From Macrostomum lignano (Eukaryota): a DNA stretch of 64,000 nt. A model generated the notes under the pieces. The model saw only the letters and a list, made by a program, of their open reading frames with translations. It made no database searches and had not been told where the DNA came from. The stretch's first letter is position 1, and the number at the start of each line of letters is the position of its first letter. Where the stretch lies: NCBI GenBank assembly GCA_002269645.1, contig NIVC01000094.1:186001-250000 (forward strand), given 5' to 3'. Both the position numbers and the translations under genes were made by a program. Below, piece by piece: positions 44,700 to 64,000 of this stretch.

Positions 44700-46005
44700 C
44701 AGGACAGTTGAGGACAGGACAGGACAAGACAGACAGGACAAGACAGACAGGACAAGACAGACAGGACAGGACAGGACAGGACAGGACAGGACGGGACGGG
44801 ACAGAACAGGACAGCAGGACAGGACAAGACAGGACAGGACAGGACAGGACAGGACAGGATAGGATAGGACAGGACAGGACAGGACAGGACAGGACAGGAT
44901 AGGATAGGACAGGACAGGACAGGACAGGACAGGACACGATAGGATAGGATAGGATAGGACAGGACAGGACAGGACAGGACAGGACAGGACACGATAGGAC
45001 ACGATAGGACAGGACAGGACAGGACAGGACAGGACAGGGCAGGACAGGACAGGACAGGACAGGACAGGACAGGGCAGGACAGGACAGGACAGGACAGGAC
45101 AGGACAGGACAGGACAGGACAAGACAGGACAGGACAGGGGCAGGATAGGACAGGACAGGACAGGACAGGACAAGACAGGACAGGGGCAGGATAGGACAGG
45201 ACAGGACAGGACAGGACAGGACAGGACAGGACAGTACAGGACAGGATAGGACAGGACAGGACAGGACAGGACAGGACAAAACAGGACAGGACAGGAGGAT
45301 AGGACAGGACAGGACAGGACAGGACAGGACAGGACATGATAGGATAGGATGAGACAGGATAGGACAGGGCAGGACGGGACAGAACAGGATAGGACAGGAC
45401 AGGACAGGACAGGACAGGACAGGACAGTACAGGACAGGATAGGACAGGACAGGACAGGACAGGACAGGACAGGACAGGACAGGACAGGACAGGACAGGAG
45501 GATAGGACAGGACAGGACAGGATAGGACAGGACAGGACATGATAGGATAGGATGGGACAGTACAGGACAGGATAGGACAGGACAGGACAGGACAGGACAG
45601 GACAGGAGGATAGGACAGGACAGGACAGGACAGGACAGGACAGGACAGGACAGTACAGGACAGGACAGGATTGGACAGGACAGGACAGGACAGGACAGGA
45701 CAGGAGGACAGGACAGGACAGGACAGGACAGGACAGGACAGGACAGGACAGGACAGGACAGGACAGGACAGGACAGGACAGGACAGGACAGGACAGGACA
45801 GGACAGGACAGGACAGGACAGGACAGGACAGGATAGGACAGGACAGGACAGGATAGGACAGGACAGGATAGGACAGGGGCAGGACAGGACAGGACAGGAC
45901 AGGATAGGACAGGACAGGACAGGATAGGACAGGACAGGATAGGACAGGGGCAGGATAGGACAGGACAGGACAGGACAGGACAGGACAAGACAGGACAAGA
46001 CAGGA
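44700..46005. repeat. (GGACA)n pentanucleotide repeat
   Basis: Directly visible. Confidence 0.97.
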
Positions 46006-46737
46006 AACTCCACCAGCTACCCAGACGCAACATACGAATGTAAGAAGATCCTGTTGAGTTCCATTCTCCGATTTCTCCAATTAGAATCCACTTTGTTACA
46101 ACGCATTTTCTCCCTCAACGTCGGGATCGTTTGTTTTCGCTCTTTGGCGGCAAAACAAGCAAGAGGACTGGGCAGTCTTGAAAGCATTACTTTGCAAAAG
46201 CAAGAAGTTTGCTTGCTTGCAAAGCATCTCTCCTCTTTCACTCCTCCCCTGGCTATCTCCACCAGCAGTGGAAGTCAGTCCAACACCGAAGCCCCTGGAT
46301 GCGGGGGTCATTTGTCAGCGGACTGGACTGACTAAGCGGGGCCGCTGCGCCCCCCCCCCCCCAACAAGAGGCGGCGCACACTACTATCACTGAAACCATT
46401 GACTGATGAGGCCTTTGGTCCGAATTTTTCCTACCAGTTGCCTCTCTCTGCCCGCGCCTCTGCCTTCACTGCTAATTGGACCAGCCGGGGCGCCCCCCAC
46501 ACTCTCCCGCCTCTCCGGGGCCTGATTATTTAAGGTGGCGCGATATTCGAACCTCGGTTTGGCTTGGCCCCGTCAGATTATTCTCGCTCCTTGCCGGCCC
46601 TGCCGCCCCGCCGAGAATCCAGCAGCTCCCCGAGCCGAAGGCCGAACTCTCGCAGCCGCCCGCCTGGCTTTCATCGCCAGCAGTTGAACTCTGCGCTGAT
46701 CCGCTGGGAAAGCATCAGGGCCCCAGCCGAACCCGAA

Positions 46738-53231
<6,494 letters not shown>

Positions 53232-53811
53232 GGCGCTGCAGCATCCGCAGCTTCATCGGTGACTGGCCAAGCCTTCTCAGCAGGCGGTCAGCAGTGACAC
53301 TTTGCCTGCTGGCGGTTGTCTCGAATTCTAACTAATTCGCGCCTGCTGAGTTAAACTGTCTTCTTCCTCATATTTTCGCTCACGAATTGGAACTGGAAAC
53401 TTCCCCATTCAATAAATATTTAGTACTGTCACATGTATTAATTTGTAAGCTCTGGAGGCGAAGGTGTTGAAGCAATCCGCGCGATCACATCCTTGTGTAC
53501 AGCTCATTCTACTGCAGCCGCCTACTGCTTGCTTCTCTGCAATTTCTGCTTTTTCTCTTGATTTTACGAGCGCAAGTTTTTTTACAGCCGCCTGGCTACT
53601 GCCGCTGCTGCATGCTCAACATTTTTTCATGCTCAACAAGGTTTCTGGGGCCTAAAATTGTGAAAGACTGTCATTTTCAACTCCTATAGCTATTTTGAAG
53701 ACCTTTTGGAATGAAATAAATGTGCACTCGATTTCTGCTTCTTTTGTTAACAGTGCAGTTTGAGCCATCTGCGCTGAAGGGACTCAACTTTGTAGCTTAG
53801 GTGTTCTTCAA

Positions 53812-53877
53812 TCAGACGGACAGACGGACAAACAGACAGCCAGACAAACAGACAGGCAGACAGGCAGACAGGCAGGC

Positions 53878-53966
<89 letters not shown>

Positions 53967-53981
53967 GGCAGACAGACAGGC

Positions 53982-54026
<45 letters not shown>

Positions 54027-54041
54027 GGCAGACAGACAGGC

Positions 54042-54107
<66 letters not shown>
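53812..54107. repeat. (GACA)n microsatellite
   Basis: Directly visible. Confidence 0.98.
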
Positions 54108-54108
<1 letters not shown>

Positions 54109-54950
54109 TTTCCAGGGAAATTCCTCTCAGACTCGCGGACACATTAGAGTGAAGCGCGCAGATGCTTTAGGACAAAAACTCACCAAGTCGAGAATGCAAG
54201 ACGATAAAAAAGACCCCATCAGAAAACACAACCCAGCCATTAGTTGCCATGACAACGCAGTGGATGAATTTCTGTCTAGATTTCATATCCTTCCAGATAC
54301 AACTTTTCTCAAACAGAAAATCATAAGCCACCTCGCCGGCAATCAAATTGGTCACCAACCGGGGATGCTCAGGCAAGGCGGCGAGAACAGAGGAAGCTGG
54401 GCCAACCAACCCTCCTTGCAGACAATGGGATTTGAACTCATTTTCAAAGAAATGCTACATTATTCAGCCCCCGCAGCCTGGGTTTGGGAGATTTTCCCCT
54501 TTTCGCAGGGGGTCTCTTTCATACTTTCAGTCAGGGGAAACGCACTGGAAAAAAGCAGCAAGTCGCGTGAAAGAACAAAAAAGAAGAGACGGCTTGAAAA
54601 GCTGCGGGGGGCCGTCGGGGCCAACTGTAAGCGGAGGGCCTGGGAGGGCAGGCAGGCAGGGCAGGCAGAGCGGCAGTTTTTTGGCCGCCCCCCACCAGCC
54701 TCACGAAAAATATTTGAGGGAAACGGCGGAGGCGGAGGCTGTTGACTCCTCCTCAGTGTACACGGGCCAGCAGCAGGGGGAGGGAGGGAGGCTGGCAGAA
54801 ATCTTCATCAGCCCCGCCAGCCCCTGCCACCTGAGCAGGCTTGCAGCTAAATTTGCCAAGTTAATGAGGCGGCCGCATCTGAGCAGACAAAGAATCCTAA
54901 ATCCTGAGCGAACTTCTGCAACATCCCGGATCAGCTGCCGCGACGGTCAT

Positions 54951-60061
<5,111 letters not shown>

Positions 60062-60063
60062 AT

Positions 60064-60645
60064 AGAGCCAGCTTCCGGTCCTGACCTAGAGCCAGCTTCC
60101 GGTCCTGACCTAGAGCCAGCTTCCGGTCCTGACCTAGAGCCAGCTTCCGATCCTGACCTAGAGCCAGCTTCTGGTCCTGACCTAGAGCCAGCTTCCGGTC
60201 CTGACCTAGAGCCAGCTTCCGGTCCTGACCTAGAGCCAGCTTCCGGTGCTGACCTAGAACCAGCTTCCGGTGCTGTCCTAGAGCCAGCTTCCGGTCCTGA
60301 CCTAGAGCCAGCTTCCGGTCCTGACCTAGAGCCAGCTTCCGGTCCTGACCTAGAGCCAGCTTCCGATCCTGACCTAGAGCCAGCTTCTGGTCCTGACCTA
60401 GAGCCAGCTTCCGGTCCTGACCTAGAGCCAGCTTCCGGTCCTGACCTAGAGCCAGCTTCCGGTGCTGACCTAGAACCAGCTTCCGGTGCTGTCCTAGAGC
60501 CAGCTTCCGGTCCTGACCTAGAGCCAGCTTCCGGTCCTGACCTAGAGCCAGCTTCCGGTCCTGACCTAGAGCCAGCTTCCGATCCTGACCTAGAGCCAGC
60601 TTACGGTCCTGACCTAGAGCCAGCTTCCGGTCCTGACCTAGAGCC
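60064..60645. repeat. 24-bp minisatellite (agagccagcttccggtcctgacct) immediately after the kinase stop
   Basis: About 24 copies visible. Confidence 0.97.
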
Positions 60646-60919
60646 TAGAGCCTAGAGCAGCAGGGACCTCCGCTTGTGAGCTGCCTCTCCGGTAGGTGAG
60701 CAGCTTTGGAGAAGCAATTGATGCAGCTGAGCCGGAGTCACATCTGCTTTGGATAACGTCAGATGCAACCACTCTAATTTTTAATCCAATTTCATTTCAT
60801 AGATGACCCAAACAGCTGAGAGCCTTTGCGAAAAATTTAATTTTCTTTTTGAAAAATTCTGATTTATGAATTCACTCTAAGAGTCAGACCTGGGAATACA
60901 GGCAAACATGCTGAGGCAT

Positions 60920-61160
60920 ATCTGTCTGTCTGTCTGTCTTTTAGTGTCTGTATGTCTGTCTCTTAGTGTCGGATTTGCCTGTCTCTTAGTGTCGGTTTTG
61001 CCTGTCTCTTAGTGTCTGTCGGCCTGTCTCTTAGTGTCTATCTGCCTTGCCTGACTCTTAGTGTCTGCCTGTCTTTTAGTGTCTGTCCCCCTGACTCTTA
61101 GTGTCTGCCTGTCTTTTAGTGTCTGTCCCTCTGTCCCTTATTGTCTGTCCACCTGTCTGT
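60920..61160. repeat. Degenerate (cttagtgtctgcctgtct)-type repeat
   Basis: Visible imperfect tandem copies. Confidence 0.8.
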
Positions 61161-61917
61161 TTGGCAGACACTCAGGCAGAGACTGTTGCAAAAAGCAAGG
61201 GGTGTTTAGTGCAGCCAGACTCGACGCGAAAGCAGCCAGTGTTTTTTACGAGCTCAGCTGAAAATAAAGAGTAAGATTCAGTGCCAAGTCGGTTCGATCG
61301 GGTCGGACAGTTGCCTGGCAACCAGCTGATGCCTCCATAAATCCTCGAGTTTTATCACTTCAGACTCACCCCTACTATGCTACTCAAACATAATAATCAT
61401 AAATCAAGTCCTTCTCTAAGCGGATATTGAGAACTAATTTCTGACTTCTTGACAGCTTCTCGAAGTTAAAATAATCAACTGCGAGCTTACAAATTTGATG
61501 GCGAAAACAGTGAAACAGGGTGAAAACGCATCGAATCTGAATACCGGAGCTGGCAGGGAGCCACCGCGAGCCGCTGATGTATCGCTGGCATGCGAGTGGG
61601 CGGCTCGAGTCTGCGGGTACCACGCAATGCGGCACTGAGGCTCTCGTTAGCAACACGTCAGCTAAGCTGGCCCTCACCTGTGAGTTTTTGCGTCACATCA
61701 TTAGCGCTTTTGCTTCCGTTTCTCTGTCTCGCCGCCTTCTTTTCTTTGCTTTCGGATTGTTTCTTTTGCTCACGAAAACTCCAAACAAAACTGCAGTTTG
61801 CTTGGGCTCAAAGCTGCTCATGCCGGCAACCGTGCGGGTCTGACAGATTGAAATCACAGCCTCTGACCTCCAGTGACCTCCGTGACTTTTAACTTACCCG
61901 TTTGATCTATACAAGCT

Positions 61918-62815
<898 letters not shown>

Positions 62816-63394
62816 GGATGAATGGAAAAAGAGCGGACAGCAATAGCAGGCTATTCAGGCTGCAAATCCATGTGCTCGATGAGGCTCCACCCGAGCCTCA
62901 AGCAGCTTTCTGAGACGCACTCAGCAGCCGGGCCGCAATGTCCCGCCCAGGCTCTCGGCTCTGCACAGCGCACAGAGACAATGAGGCAGTTCAGCCGGCC
63001 GGGCCACTCGTGCTCTGACAAGCAGCCGCATGATGCGCCCCGCCCGCTTTGTTTGCCCAGTGAGTGCGGCAGGTCATTCAGTGGATAGCCGCCATTTGCG
63101 AGGCCGAGGGCCATGAAAGCCTGTGTCAGTCAAGCTATTCAATTGTACAGCTGACTGGATCGCATGCTTTCTTTATCATAATAATAAGCAAAATCATCCC
63201 TGCTGTTGCAGCTGCGTTTGGCTCAAACTAATTTAGTACTTTATAGATTGCTCTGTGTACGTATTTACAAATTGACATATTTTATGTCGCGCAAACTGAC
63301 ACTAGTGTGAGCCTGGGCCCTGTCCCGTTACCTGCATCACGTGAGTTTTTAATTCAAGTGCTAGGCAATTATAACTGGACTATAAATATCTGCC

Positions 63395-63632
63395 CCTAGC
63401 AGCCAGGTTTCTCACAGCCAATCACAGATGGGCAAGGAACGCCGACCCCCCATCCAGACTAGCAGCCAGGTTACTGACAGCCAATCACTGCTGGGCTGGG
63501 CAAGGAACGCCGACCCCCATCCAGACTAGCAGCCACGTTCCTGAGAGACAATCACAGCTGGGCTGGGTAAGGAACGCCGACCTCCCCATCCAGACTAGCA
63601 CCCAGATTCCTGACAGCCAATCACAGCTTCCT
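63395..63632. repeat. About 60-bp tandem repeat x4 containing CCAATCAC
   Basis: agccaatcac...gggcaaggaacgccgacccccatccagactagca repeated. Confidence 0.9.
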
Positions 63633-64000
63633 TAGTCATATGCTTCGACCTCTCAGATCCCGTCACCAAAATATTTTAAGCAGCTCCTTATATCCCATTG
63701 TGACCAGGCTGGTAGGGCGTGGCACTTGGCTGCCAGCCAGTGCTGCTGGGTTTGCCGTAGAGAATCGCTGGCTGCCACACCCGGTGGGAGGGGCGGTCAT
63801 CGCAGGCTCCAATGCAATCGCTAGACAGATTGTGTGACTGCCACACCTTGGCCCAGTTTGCCTGGCTTCTTTTCTGTTTTTCAGCGCTTCTGCCTTAGGC
63901 CTGTCTTCTGCTTCCTATTCTCATACAGACAATGATGCGGCTTCCTGGCTTACGCGGCGATCTGTCAGGGAGGCTGCGGCGGCTGCTGCTGCATCATAGA

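Overview
Eukaryotic, intron-containing animal DNA. GC-rich exons, short GT-AG introns, very abundant (GACA)n/(GATA)n/(GGACA)n and 10-70 bp minisatellites, an NPY/F gene and a stand-alone glutathione reductase suggest a free-living flatworm such as Macrostomum (inference, not verified). Gene models were built by hand from splice sites and reading-frame continuity. They are: an NPY/F-like precursor (-), a rootletin-tail gene (-), a 12-exon papilin-like gene with a mucin N-terminus (+), glutathione reductase (-), an orphan 4-exon gene (+), a PAN+fibrinogen-domain gene (+) with a broken partial duplicate, an intronless 2-TM ORF (+), a MARCH-type RING-CH E3 ligase (+), a secreted protein with four exon-encoded repeats I do not recognise plus two Kunitz domains (+), and an atypical AGC-like kinase (+). 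Mobile DNA includes an intact DD34E IR/DR Tc1 element inserted in a GATA microsatellite, an internally deleted THAP/P element and a tRNA-derived SINE. Most long ORFs in the supplied track are translations of simple repeats. The best candidate for an undescribed system is the modular HVT-W-P-W repeat/Kunitz gene at 46738-53231.
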